Below, piece by piece: positions 11,062 through 23,167 of a stretch of 64,000 nucleotides of DNA (position 1 is the stretch's first letter; each line of letters opens with the position of its first letter). Position numbers and translations under genes: made by a program. Source of the stretch: Diplonema japonicum (lineage: Eukaryota > Protista > Euglenozoa: Diplonemea); the NCBI GenBank assembly GCA_964019335.1, contig OZ025650.1:682001-746000 (forward strand), read 5' to 3'. The notes under the pieces are model-generated. The model was not told the DNA's origin. It ran no database searches and was given only the letters and a program-made list of their open reading frames with translations.

Positions 11062-11533
11062 GTAAAGAAAAAAAAAAGAAGGAACCAAAAAAAAAAAGTG
11101 TGTGTTTATATGGGGTGACATGAAGAAAGAGGAAAAGGAAGAAGAAAAGTAAAGACAGATGGGGGGGAACAAAAAAAGAAAAGAAAAAGAAAAAGAAAAA
11201 TAAAAAAAAATAAAAATGCAACAAAAAAGAAAAAAAATATAAAAAGTAGCTTCACGTAGATATTAACAACTTTCCCCATGTTTTCCCACACACACACACA
11301 CCCCACTGTCCCTGCTCGGTTAGTTAAGGAAAGAAAAATAAGGGAGTTACCCGCTCTCCCTTCTTCACCTTTTCTTTTTCTCCTTTCTTTTCTTCCCTTT
11401 TCTTCTTATTTTAAGAAATTAAGAAGGTGGGAATTGTAACACCCCCCCGACACCCCCCCACCTCTTCCGGCCAAGGATTATTTGGCTTTGCAAATCTATG
11501 TGAGGAGAAGCAATGATTTATACTTTTTTAAAT

Positions 11534-13490
11534 GGGTAAAATTCAAAATAGGGGTACAGAATTTAGCCCTGGATTGCCCTGATGTCTTTCCACGCCCTCC
11601 CGAGGTGTTTCTGGGTGGTTTTCGCCATCACAGACCCCCTAGGAACCAAGTGGGGGGTGGGAGAACCACTAAAATGGGTGAATACACTTTTCCCCCCCCT
11701 ATTTTTTTTGCTCATGAAACAGTACGGACAGGAGATCGTCAAATGGCTAGGGCAGCTCAAGTGGTACCGGGGCCCGAGGAGAACAACGGTCACGACAATA
11801 GAGCTTGCGCTAGACTTCGAGAACAGCACAATGAAGTCGCTGGTGGGTGAACGTGGAGACTGACACTAATAGGTAAAAAGGCGAGACGGCTGCATGGCCT
11901 GCTGGTGAGGCTGCAGGAAGGCTGGCAGGACGCGCGGATAAGGAGGAAGGTCAGGGGACACAGAGCCATACCGGCGGAGCAACGGCGGAACCACGGCCTG
12001 AGGACCATAGGGGGGAGAAAGGTCTTGGGCTGGGACAGAAGACCGCTGCACGTCTCGGAACAGACGAAGAAGGACCTCCAGAAACTGAGACAGCAGTGGC
12101 AGAAGGAGCGGGTGAGCGCCATGAGGGAGCGGGCTCAGCCCAAAAAGGAAAGACCGAAGCCGCTGAAGGGAGATAGGGGCAGGTAGAAGAACAAGACAGG
12201 ACGTCCCAGATCAGGGATTTCCTTTTACCTCTTTAATTTTTTTTGCTTTTTTTGTAGTAGTGGTTTTTAAGTCCATTTGAATGGCAGTTGTAGAAGAGAT
12301 TCCGGCTACGACTCTTTGATAGTCGCTGATGGTGAGGATGGATGTGTGGCGCACATGGGACATGACAGTTCTGGAGACCACCCCGAAGTGTGAGTCACAT
12401 TCGTTTTTTCCGTGTCGGCCCGGAAAGAAATTAAAGAAACGGGTTCGGGAATGGAGAAGGAAAAAGGATGCGACCTGGCTTTGAAAGTGTTTCCCAGAGT
12501 CGCACCATATGTTCAAACTTCATAATTTGAGCTTCGTTTTGAACAGGTCCTCTTTCATTAAGGTTTCAAAACAGCTGATGACAACAGGACTGTCTTGGTT
12601 GAGGGACCTTAATAAGAAGTCAAAGTGATGGACTTTTGTTTCCTCGCCTTCTAAATAATGGGCAGTGAAACCCAGAAATGCGAACCCAGCTTGATTATAA
12701 AAATCTTGGTTCGGCTGTTCCACCCTCATCGGGATTTTGGGCTTCTCCACACTGAGGACGATCAGCTCACCCTCTGGTCCGTTCGCTAAATGGGGTTACT
12801 ATACTCAGCTGCAAGTCTTGCAGGCCGTGGTGTGTTGCACCTTGTTTGCGATTGTTTTCAGACGGACTTTCATTAGCAGGACTTGCCGGGCTTGACTCTG
12901 TTGACGACACAGAACCTTCTCGAGACAATGCGCAACCTTCTGTTGTGTGGCTGCACTTGAAGCACCTGAACCTCTTTCCAGCCTTTCTTAAGAGTGTTGT
13001 TCTTAATATGCTGCAGAAACAAATTTAAACTCGATTTGTCCAGTTTCCATGTCTTACGTAACTCCTCAATCTCCTCTGTTTTCAAGCTGCAAAACTGGCG
13101 CTTTTGTACCTGAGTTTTGGCCATAAACCGCTCCCCTTCCAGGATTGCAAAGTCGATTTTAGACTTGTTTTCAAGGGTCCCATGGGGTGGTGTTTGTGGT
13201 GGTTCGGTGTTTTTGGGGTAAAATATGGTGTTTTGACATGCAACATGTCAAAAGGACGGTGTTCTGAGCCCTGTCATACAGGGGGTGTCAGGGGTTTCCA
13301 GTTCTTTTTCTGATTCATAAAATGACCCCCCTGGGGTGAGGAAATGGCATGTTTCACACCCTACGACCTCTGGGTACAACCACAGGGTGGTTTTGGTGAC
13401 AACCGTGAGGTGTTCTTCCTCACCTTAGGTCATTTTATGGCCAAATCCAAAAAAGGGCTAAATTCTGTACCCCTATTTTGAATTTTACCC
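11534..13490 (-). mobile_element. decayed TIR DNA transposon, Sola-like (DDD transposase), 1957 bp
   Basis: Perfect 37-bp TIRs GGGTAAAATTCAAAATAGGGGTACAGAATTTAGCCCT at 11534-11570 and 13454-13490. 4-bp TSD AAAT at 11530-11533 and 13491-13494. Minus-strand fragments include IWCDSGKHF and FFPGRHGKNECDSHFG. The superfamily call is inferred from the AWWT-type TSD and these motifs. Confidence 0.8.
12211..13124 (-). pseudogene. disrupted transposase of the TIR element
   Basis: ORF pieces 13124-12873, 12750-12520 and 12516-12211. There is an in-frame TGA at 12522-12520 and a frame change between the first two pieces. Confidence 0.7.
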
Positions 13491-13972
13491 AAATAATAAT
13501 ATATAAAAAAAAAAACATTTAGTGTAACCATTAACAATTCGTTTTGCTTCTTCTTTTTTATTTTTTTTTTTACTCCCCCAAAAGTCTTAGAAAATGAAGT
13601 GAAATAAAATAAAGTAGAATGAAAACGGAACGGAGAAACAGGTGGGATGTTACAGTTGAGTGCCTTCTTCCGTTTTTGTTCTAGGTTATTTTATACATGG
13701 TTTTCCAAATCCCCCCCCCCCCCTTTCCTGTATTGTGTTCCCTCTCTATTGTCCCCCCTCCATTTTTTAAACCTCATCCTCTGTTGCCCCCCACCCTCCA
13801 ACTTCCCTTTGCCACTTGTTCCTGTTTTTTTTTTTTTTTTTTTTTTTTTTCTTCTTACCTCCGATTATTCTTCCTCATGGGGGGTAAGAAATATCTTAAT
13901 TGTTATACAGACACCCCACACACTGCTGCACGCCAGTGCCCTTCCCACCCCTCCCTCCCTCCCTCCCCCTCA

Positions 13973-15147
13973 ATGACGACCGAAGGGAAGGTGAAAAGCT
14001 GGAACCTCGCGAGGGGCTTCGGGTTTGTGGTGAACAACGATGGAGAGGATGAAGCGTTCGTGCACACGAGCAACATCGACGGCGGTGTCCTGATCGAAGG
14101 GAAGGTGGTCACATATGACACAAAGCCATCCGAGAGGAAGGTGAAGGGGGAAAGCAAGCTGGTGGCATACAACCTAGGCGGTGAAGGGTTCAAACCCAAG
14201 TCAGGCGTGAGAGGTCAACTCTCCGGCGTCGTTAAATCTTGGAAACACGGGAAACAGATGGGGTTCATAAAGGGTGACGACGGTGAGGTATGCATTGTCC
14301 CCTTTCCTTCAACCACCCTCAGGAAGTCTATGTACACGCGACCTCCTTCGGAGGAGGTTGTTTGAGAGAAGGCGCTCAAGTCTATTATGACTCTGAAGAT
14401 GTTAAGCATAAATCCCACCGAAAAGCTGCTGTGAATGTCTCAGGCGAAGGCGTCATCAAGGGCTCCATGAGCGGGTACGTCAAACGCTGGATTGCCGACA
14501 GGGGCTTTGGTTTCATTGAAGCGTCCGACGGCTGCCAGGTGTACGTGCACTGCAGCAGTATCTCCGACGGGCATCTTGTCGAAGGCAAAGAGGTTTACTT
14601 CAACATCACCGAAGAACAGTCAAAGAACGGCGACAAATTAGCCACACGAAAGGTTGGAATGGATCTCTCTGGCCCTGGTGTGAAAGACGGCCCCCCAATG
14701 CCAGGTTACCAACCTATGCAATACGACAGCGGGAAAGGCTCTTCCCACACACCTTACCAAGGCAAAGGCAACAAGGGAGGTAACAATCATGGCGGTGGTA
14801 AAGGAGGCAAGAACCAGGGTGGTGGTGGTGGCGGCGGTGGTGGTGGCGGTTACAACTCATATAACACATATAATCAGCAGTATTCACAGGGGTATGGTTA
14901 TGGGTATGGTGGAGCACCGGACCCATACTCATATGGCTACGGTTACGGGGGGCCATCATACCAGAAAGGCGGCGGAAAAGGAGGACATTACCACCACCAC
15001 CACCACCACAATCATCACCATAACCATCACCATCATCACCAACACCAAGGTGGTGGTGGTGGTGGCGGCGGTGGTTACCACCATGGTGGCCAGGGCGGGA
15101 AAGGAGGTTACAAGGGTGGCAAGGGTCACAAGTCTGGCAGATACTAA
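13973..15147 (+). CDS. triple cold-shock-domain protein with Gly/Tyr/His-rich low-complexity tail (paralog 2)
   Basis: Exons 13973-14287 and 14323-15147. The intron 14288-14322 restores DGE|EVYVH. Three CSDs; polyG, YGY and polyH tail. Confidence 0.9.
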
Positions 15148-16770
15148 ATATAAGGGGGTAAGGAAACAAAAAAGAAAAAAAAAAGGGGGTAATATGTTTT
15201 TTTTTTTCTTTTTTTTTTCAGGGAAAGAGAGAGAAAAAAAGGGGAGGGATGGGGAAAACATTCAGAAGAAAAAGTGTCAAATTTGTTTTTTTTTAATTTT
15301 CACACTCAAAAAAAAAAAATACCAGCGGGGGAAAACTGTGTTCCCTCCCCATATTTTATGTATTGTGTTTCTTTACCACCCCCCCCCCCACCCCAATATT
15401 GTTCTTGTTCCTTTTTTAAAAGAACAAAAAAGAAAGCGAACACCCTCCCCATACATCCACCCGTTTTCTATATGAGAAAAAAACCTTTAAAAAAAAGAGA
15501 TTTCACCTGAAAAAAAAATGTTCCATAATATAAAAAAGGCGGTCGGGGGGATAGGATCTGCCCAGTTTTTTTTTCTTGTTTTTTTTTTATTCCCTCATTT
15601 TCTTCCAGGGGCAGCGTGTTTGGGGAAAAGTGTGAACTCATAATACTCTGAAATAAAAGAAAAAGGAAAAAAAAAGAAAAGAACAAAGTAGTCGAATATT
15701 AAAAAAAACAAAAAAAAAACATTGAAAAACCCTTTCCTTTTTATTTTTCTCTTAACTTCCTTTTATTTTTCTCTGCTCCCTTTCTTGCGAAAATAATACC
15801 CCCCCCCCCCACCTTTGTTTCCTGTTGACTTACACAAAAGTTATTTTTTTATTTATTGTTTCTCCTTTTTTTATTTGCTTAAGGCTACACTTCCCCCACC
15901 CCACCCACCCTCTTTTTTTGCTAAATAAAGAAGAAGAAAAAAAAACCCGCAATTTTGTTAATGTTTCATATCTTAAAAGTGTGTCAACAAGGGGGGGGGG
16001 GGGGGGGTGGATAGGTTTAATAAAAATCTAACAAAGCGTAAAAAAAAAAAATTAAATTCTGGACACGTTCTTCGAAAACCACCATTCAATTCTCTCTCTT
16101 TTTTTTGTTGCACAGCTAAAAGAACCAATAGCATTAGAGACCCGAGACATTAAAGTTTTGCAAAGAAGCGAAGGGGGGGAAAAAGGTGAGAGGGAGGGGG
16201 ACAAAAAAACTTTTTGTTGTTACACAGAAGGGCTAAAGAGACTATATTTTTTAAAGGAAGAACGAAGGGGGCGGGGGGGGGGGGGACATAATAGTTATAC
16301 GTTTCTAAACTTTTTTTAAAATGAAGAATAAAAAAAAAACTTGCTCCAAAACAACGCAATACCAATTAATTAAAAAAAAAATGTAGCCCTCTTCTCCACT
16401 ACACCCCTCACACCTGGGTTCTTACATGGGCAGGGGAATGGGAAATAAAAACAAGGGCAAATCCATGACGGCTTTCCAGTACCTTTTCCGTCCGCCTTTT
16501 CCCTCTTTTTTTTAAAAAAAAAACCCCCCCTCCGCAGTATTCGATATTGCCCTGTTTTTTTTTTCTTCCCCTTCGTTCAAACATTTTTTTTTAAAAAAAA
16601 GGACATGGCATCCCACACAACCCCCCTATTCCCCCTTTTTTAACACGTTATTTTTTTTTTTTCCCGCCCCCCTGCCTCTTTTCCCCTCCCCCTCTTTTTT
16701 TATTCCCCGACTCCTCATTTCAAAAAAAAAAAAGAAGAGAAACAAAAAAGGAAGAGGGGGGTATAAAAAA

Positions 16771-17568
16771 ATGTCCACGACAGGCAAAGTTGTTTCTTGG
16801 AACACAGCGAAAGGGTTCGGGTTTGTGCAGAATGAGGAGGGGGAGGCGGCATATGTGCATTCTTCATTCATAGATGGGGGCTCGCTAGTGGTAGGGGAGC
16901 AAGTGGCGTATGACGTGGAAGAATCGTCAAGGAAGGGGAAGAAGCTCGTGGCAGCGCAGATCAGCGGCGCAGGCGTATTGTCCCGACTTCCAGGGAAGCA
17001 AACAGGCACTGTGAAATCCTGGAATGTATCAAACAGCATAGGGTTCATAAAAACTGACGACGAGGAAGTATGAGTTTCAAAAAAAAAAAAAGAAAAAAAA
17101 AAGGAAATCTACGTGCACCGTTCTGCGGTTGGTGGTGGCAACCTCGAAGTTGGAAAGACCGTTCAATTTAACACAGAAGACGTCAGCCACAAATCGAAAC
17201 GTTTGGTCGCAGTTCACGTAACAGGGGAAGCTGTTCTCCCCATCGGCGAGCACAGTGGTATTGTGAAAAAATGGATCCACCAAAGCAAGGGAGGCGGCTA
17301 TGGATTCATTGAACCAGACACGGCAGAGGGGGACTCAGAGAAGCAAGAAATTTTCGTGCACTCCTCAGAGCTATCTGGCGGTGCGCTGTATACCAACAAG
17401 CAGGTATTTTACGATGAATCTGAAAAGGACCATCCCTCCGGTCGCAAAATCGCCACCAATCTTTCTGGCCCAGCCTTAAACGCCCTCTCTACAAAATTCT
17501 ACGGAAAAGGAAAAGGACACGGCCGTGGTGGGAGAGGCGGGCGTGGTGGCCGCGGTCGTACACAGTAG
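16771..17568 (+). CDS. triple cold-shock-domain protein with RGG tail (paralog 3)
   Basis: Exons 16771-17067 and 17104-17568. The intron 17068-17103 (GTATGAG...poly(A)...AAG) restores DEE|EIYVH. Ends GRGGRGGRGGRGRTQ. Confidence 0.9.
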
Positions 17569-18028
17569 ATTTTAGTTTTTTTCTTTCTTTTCTTTTCTCA
17601 TAAGTGTTTCCCCCTCTTTTTTTTTCTTTCAAATTTAAAGAAAGGAATTGATTACACCTTCTCCCCCCCCCCCCCCCCCCCCTGTTTCTTTTTTTGTGTT
17701 GTGGGAACCTCCCAGTTCTCTCAGTGTAATCTTTTTTATCGTTTTTTTGAAGTTTCACTGTATTTTTTTGTTTTTTTCCCAGCTCTTTCCCCACAGCACC
17801 CCCCCCCCCCCCCCCCCCCTCCGTATCTCTCCACACTTTTTTTTCCTTTCCCCCCTTCTCATTTCTTATTAGGTTTACCTCCGCTCGTTTCTTTTTTCTT
17901 CTTGTTTTCTTTCTGAACGTGATATTCTTTTTTTCTTCCTTTGTTGAAGTTTTTTTTTTCGATGCGAAAAAAAACACCCCAACCCCCTAACCAAAAAAAG
18001 AAAGGAAAAAAAAAGGGGGAAAAAAACA

Positions 18029-20395
18029 ATGGTCCACTTCAGCGGCGGCCAGCCCATCACCTTCTCCTTCGACGGGGAGGGTGTCTCGGTGAACTTGCCC
18101 GATGGGGTGTTGGCTCCGATGGTGCCTACACCGCCTACACCTGTTGAAGAACCAGTGGAGGAGAAGCAGGAGGAGAAAAACAGTGGTGACCATGTTTATG
18201 AAAACCCAAAAGACAGGGAGCCGACAGTTCCGAGCGAGAAGCAATCCTGGAACAGCGGTGGCACTTCGGGCATCCTTCCTTCAGAGCGTGCCAAGGCGAC
18301 ATTCACGACAGAGCGCATGACAGAGGCCCTGTACGGCGGCCCTGAGATGGTGGCCAAGCGTCGCTTCGTGCTCGCCCCTTCCAAGCGCAACGGTCTCCAA
18401 ATGCTTGAAAAATACACAATGGACAGAGAGGAGCTCATGTCAGCACACTTCCGTGACTTCATCGGCATTCACAAGTCCTTCACAAAGAAAGCGTACCGCC
18501 CCAGCCCTGACGAGACAGCCTGGATGTCTGCCTGCAGCATGAACAGTGGAGCCCTCACCACGCACATGGGGCTGTTCCTTCCCACGCTCGTCGCGCAGAC
18601 ATCTGGACACCAGCAGATGCAGTGGCTCCCTCGCACTATGAAGTTCCAGATCATCGGTGCTTATGCGCAGACGGAGCTCGGCCACGGCAGCAATGTGCGC
18701 GGCCTGCAAACTATCGCCGAGTACAACGTCGAGAAGCAGTGCTTTGTCCTCAACACGCCCACACTGCAGTCTATGAAGTTCTGGAACTCGGGCGCGGGGC
18801 TTGCCGCCACACACTGTGTCTGCTATGCTCAGCTTGTTATCAAAGGGAAGAACTATGGCGTGCATGTTTTTTTCGTGCAGCTGCGCGACGAGCACCACCA
18901 CCCCCTCGAAGGCATCGAGGTCGGCGACTGCGGCAACAAGCTCGGCGACAACGGCATCGACTGCGGCTACATCAGGATGAAGGACGTGCACGTCCCGAGA
19001 GAGCACCTGCTGGCGAAGAAGTCCCACGTCGAGCCCGACGGCACGTACGTGAAGCACACAGCCCCTGCGAACACAGACCCCAAGGCAGCGGAGAGGCTGC
19101 AGTACATGACGATGCTTACCGCAAGGGCCAACATGATCGGTGTGTCGGGGGGGAAGCTGGCGCTCGCTGCAACCTCTGCTGTTCGTTACAGTTGTGTGAG
19201 GAAGCAGGGCTTTGTCAACACAGACAAGACGCAGACGTATGAGTCGGAAGAAAGGCAGATCATCGACTACCAGATGCAGAGCTACAGGCTGATGAAGCAG
19301 GTGGCCATGTCCTACGCCATACAGTTCGTGTCCCGGTGGATGATGATGAGATTCACGCAGCTCTCGAAGGGGCTGTGGGACCTGGGGGACCAAGACGACT
19401 CGGACGAGGCACCTGACTCAGGTGCAGACCTGCCTGAGATCCATGCTTCCGCGGCAGGCTTGAAGGGTCTATGCTGCAGGCTCGCTGCCGATGGAATGGA
19501 GGACTGCAGAAAGGCATGTGGTGGCCACGGGTATCTCCTCGCAAGCGGCACCGCAGCAAGCTGGGCAGACTACGTCTGGCAGGCAACGGCAGAAGGCGAC
19601 CTTATCGTGATGATGCTGCAGACCGCGAGGTTTTTGATAAAGTCTCTTGCGGCTGCCAGGCGTAGGGAGGACGTGTCGGGGATGATGAAGTACCTGGAGC
19701 CCTTCAAGAAGGACGCGCACCACAACCCTTTGAAGCTGACGTTGCCGAAAGCGGCGACAGTGGCGGAGTTCATTTCGTTTGAAAACATCGGAAACCTGTT
19801 GCGACACCGTGCGGTGGTGGCCTTGTACAGGGCAGAGAAGCAGATCGCAGCGATGGTGGGGCAGGGCATGAGCAGCGACCAGGCGTGGCAGAAGTCCAGC
19901 GTGTCTCTGGTGGCGGCAGCGGAGAGGCATTGCTACTACTTTATGTTCTCGAAGTTTGTCGATGGTGTGAACGGGTGTGAGGATGCCGCTGCAAAGGTAG
20001 CCTTGGAGAAGATATGCCAGCTGTACGGGCTTAACCAGATTATGGATGGCAATGGGTGGGCTGGCATTGTCTCTGCTGAAGAGGCAGAGCTTGCCGAGGC
20101 TGCCGTCGGCCTCCTCCTCAACGAGCTCCGCCCCAATGCCGTGTCCCTTGTTGACGCCTTTGACATCCCTGACCGCATCCTCAACAGCGCCTTAGGACGC
20201 AGTGATGGCAATGTCTACGAAGCCATTTATGACCACGCACGCAAGTCCCCTCTCAACGCCACGGGGCCCTTTGCTGGCTTCACAGAACATGTGAAACCGC
20301 ACCTTGACCTTGAGTTCTTAAAGCTTCGCGGGGACGCCCATAAATCTATTAAAAAGGCAATGCAGCCTAAGAAGAAGAAGGGTTCAAAGCTTTAA
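18029..20395 (+). CDS. ACOX: peroxisomal/glycosomal acyl-CoA oxidase
   Basis: IIGAYAQTELGHGSNVRGLQT, MKFW, CRKACGGHGY, TAEGD and LRPNAVSLVDAF...NSALGRSDGNVYE motifs; C-terminal PTS1 -SKL. Confidence 0.95.
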   Translation: MVHFSGGQPITFSFDGEGVSVNLPDGVLAPMVPTPPTPVEEPVEEKQEEKNSGDHVYENPKDREPTVPSEKQSWNSGGTSGILPSERAKATFTTERMTEALYGGPEMVAKRRFVLAPSKRNGLQMLEKYTMDREELMSAHFRDFIGIHKSFTKKAYRPSPDETAWMSACSMNSGALTTHMGLFLPTLVAQTSGHQQMQWLPRTMKFQIIGAYAQTELGHGSNVRGLQTIAEYNVEKQCFVLNTPTLQSMKFWNSGAGLAATHCVCYAQLVIKGKNYGVHVFFVQLRDEHHHPLEGIEVGDCGNKLGDNGIDCGYIRMKDVHVPREHLLAKKSHVEPDGTYVKHTAPANTDPKAAERLQYMTMLTARANMIGVSGGKLALAATSAVRYSCVRKQGFVNTDKTQTYESEERQIIDYQMQSYRLMKQVAMSYAIQFVSRWMMMRFTQLSKGLWDLGDQDDSDEAPDSGADLPEIHASAAGLKGLCCRLAADGMEDCRKACGGHGYLLASGTAASWADYVWQATAEGDLIVMMLQTARFLIKSLAAARRREDVSGMMKYLEPFKKDAHHNPLKLTLPKAATVAEFISFENIGNLLRHRAVVALYRAEKQIAAMVGQGMSSDQAWQKSSVSLVAAAERHCYYFMFSKFVDGVNGCEDAAAKVALEKICQLYGLNQIMDGNGWAGIVSAEEAELAEAAVGLLLNELRPNAVSLVDAFDIPDRILNSALGRSDGNVYEAIYDHARKSPLNATGPFAGFTEHVKPHLDLEFLKLRGDAHKSIKKAMQPKKKKGSKL

Positions 20396-21105
20396 AAAAG
20401 AAAACGAGAAGGGGAAAAAAAAAAAAAAAAAAACCTTCCCTCGTTGTGAGGAACCACTCGCTGGAGGGGGGTGTTCAAAAAAGAAATTACAGAGGTGTTT
20501 TCTTTTTTTTTTTTTACCCCGCTTGTAACATTGTCGTGGTGAGAATTCAAGAGCAGATCGGGGGGTATTGAATTTCTCTCTCGTTCCCCCACCCCACCCC
20601 CTTTTTTTTAACGTGTCAAGGGTATTGTTGGACACCTTTGCTCTATCTTCCGAGAAAATAAAAAGAGAGAGAGAGAAAAAAAATCAGCGCGAAACTGCAA
20701 CAGGAGGACAATAACACTTTTTCCACTTTAGGAATCTTCGCCAGGTTGCTCCTTTCATTCTTTTTTTTCTCATTCTTATAAATGTGCTTTTTTTTTTTGT
20801 GTGCGACCTTACGTGTTGTGAGCTTTTCACTTTTGTCGACGTTTCCTCCTTTCTTTACTGTTTCTTTCTTCTTCTTCTTTTCACACTCCTGCGAGCATCT
20901 CGCAGCAAGGTGCAAAGGATGAAGGGGGGAAAATAGAGAAACAAAAAGGGAAAGCAAAATGTCAGCCCCTTTTTTTTATAATAAGAAAGTGACAATTTTC
21001 TTTTTCTTTTTTTTCCCCAAAGATAAAAGGACTCTGCCATCCCTCTTTTTTTATTTTTTTTTTGTAATACCCCATGTTGCAACTACGAACACCAACAGTA
21101 GGGAG

Positions 21106-22928
21106 ATGGATGAGCTCCCTGATGTCACGCTCCGTGAAGTAGACCCTGTGCTGGCAGTGGCAGCCGCGTTGCCCATATTGCTGAAAATCTTGAGTTTGTT
21201 GAAGATCCGGAAAAGCAAGAGAAAGCCACAGTCTGCGTCCAATACCTCCACAACCACCCCTCCGGACAGCCCTGTGCAACGGAAGAAAGGGTACGGCATC
21301 TTGACAAAAATCTGGTTTTTAATATGTCTCGGAGCAGCAGGGACCGGAGTAGGCATTGCTGTATTGTACAGCAGCCTTGCCACCACCTTAGCATGTGTGG
21401 GGCTCTTGTTCTTAGGGTCCAGGCTGACGGGCAACGCCAGATTCTCGTCCGACATTTTCATTGCAATCACCTTAACGTTGACTCTCATCCTCCTGACGCT
21501 CATCCCTGTGGATCACGGTGATGTCTTGGTGTCGACCGACGAGACGGTCACAGCACACCGTGAGATCCAAGCAGCCATCCAAGCATCACGTGAAGGCGCC
21601 TCTGTACGAATCCTCCCAGGGGTCTACAACGAGACCATCTACATTTCAAAGCCCGTTTTACTGCAGGGTTTGGGCGTCTCTCCCGACGCAGTAGTGGTGC
21701 ACGGGGACATTTATTTGACATCCGACACGAAAATCTCGAATCTGAAGACGACAGGACGGCTTGTAGTAGGCGACTCGTTCCTCGGTGGCTCTGCTGTGGG
21801 GTGTGAGATTCAGAATGGCGTCCTGTACTTGGGAACGCACCCTTTTTCGACGTTTGCAATCGAAGGCTGCGACGTCGGTCAGGAGCTGGGCGTGACGAAG
21901 GTGCTGTCAGGTGTCTCCGATGTCAAGTCCAGCGCGCTCAAGCACGACCTGGCGCTGATCCAATCCCACACGACAGGCGAGCTCGCTGCACTGATAGTGT
22001 TCCTGCAGTGGGTTGACACTTCAGCACATTGGATCGTTGTCCTATCAGGCACCATAAAAAGCTTCTGGACTGTCTACGGGCAGGTTTGGTTCTCCGTTGC
22101 GCTCTCCTACACCGAAGCAGCAATAAGCGCCTTCTCATCGATATTCATAACAAAACTATCAAGCTTGCTGTGTGGTGCTGTCGGAATCCACAGCCTCTGC
22201 CCCTCAGACAGAGACGAGTCCCTCTTCCTTGTGGGCGAGGTCATCTACGACTGGATCACCTATTCCATATACGAAACTCTTTTGTTTCTTGTGACCGTTC
22301 TGTTCACCTGGCTTCCTGACATCACCTACACCGTCTTGGCTGTGTATCTTGCAGCCTCTCAGTACATGCAGCTTGTGATTCACTTTTGCTCCTTTATCGT
22401 TACCATGTTCCTGCTTTACAAAGGGAGTGTGACCGAGCTTGTGAATGGTAGTTACATGCAGAGAATGCTAGAGGTGAGCAAGCATATCCCGATATTCCTC
22501 CCGGTCGGGCTTGAGTATCTGGCGTCCTTCTTCATGGTTTTTTCGTGCTGGATGGTGCTGCCGTTCTTGTTACCGTTTGTGGATCAATATGGTATGAGGG
22601 GAGGGAAAAAAAAAAAAAAAAAAAACTAAAGTTACCCTCATGGTTGTTCACATCGTACTGCCGACGCAGTCTGCCTATACACTGTTGAAATGGATGGCTT
22701 CTGGAAAGCACAGAGCATCGAAGTTTTGGTGGGTCGCATTGATATCTGGCCGTGCTTTGGTTTTGCTTTACCCTCGTGAGGTTTGTCTGGAAAAAAAACA
22801 AAACAAAAAAGAGTGATACCTAACTACAGACCGCGGTGCTTGCTGGAGGGTTTTACTTTGCTTTCCGAAATAAAGGGGCGGCTGATAGCTTGGAGAAAAA
22901 ACGACTTGAATCGAAGAAAGTGAAGTGA
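21106..22928 (+). CDS. multi-pass membrane protein with a parallel beta-helix (pectin-lyase-fold-like) domain and C-terminal KKxx
   Basis: Probable ATG at 21106; introns 22592-22631 and 22781-22829 (CTAAC branch-like). IQAAIQASREGASVRILPGVYNETIYISKPVLLQG is typical of beta-helix N-termini. Several hydrophobic helices; the spliced end is ...ESKKVK*. Confidence 0.7.
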
Positions 22929-23167
22929 AGTGGGGGGGGGGGGGGGGGGGGGAGGGAGGGGGTCTTTTTATGGGGGAAAACACATTAAAAAAAAATAGTG
23001 CAAACGTAGTTTTTAACCTTTACGGTCTGTGGGTGTAACCCTTGTTCTCTGGTTGGTCGTACTTTTCTATTTTACAAGCTCCCCCCCCCTTTTTTTTTGG
23101 GTTGAAATATGTATCGATCCCTCATACATTTTTTCAATATCCATGGGATTAAAAAAAAATCTTATAA

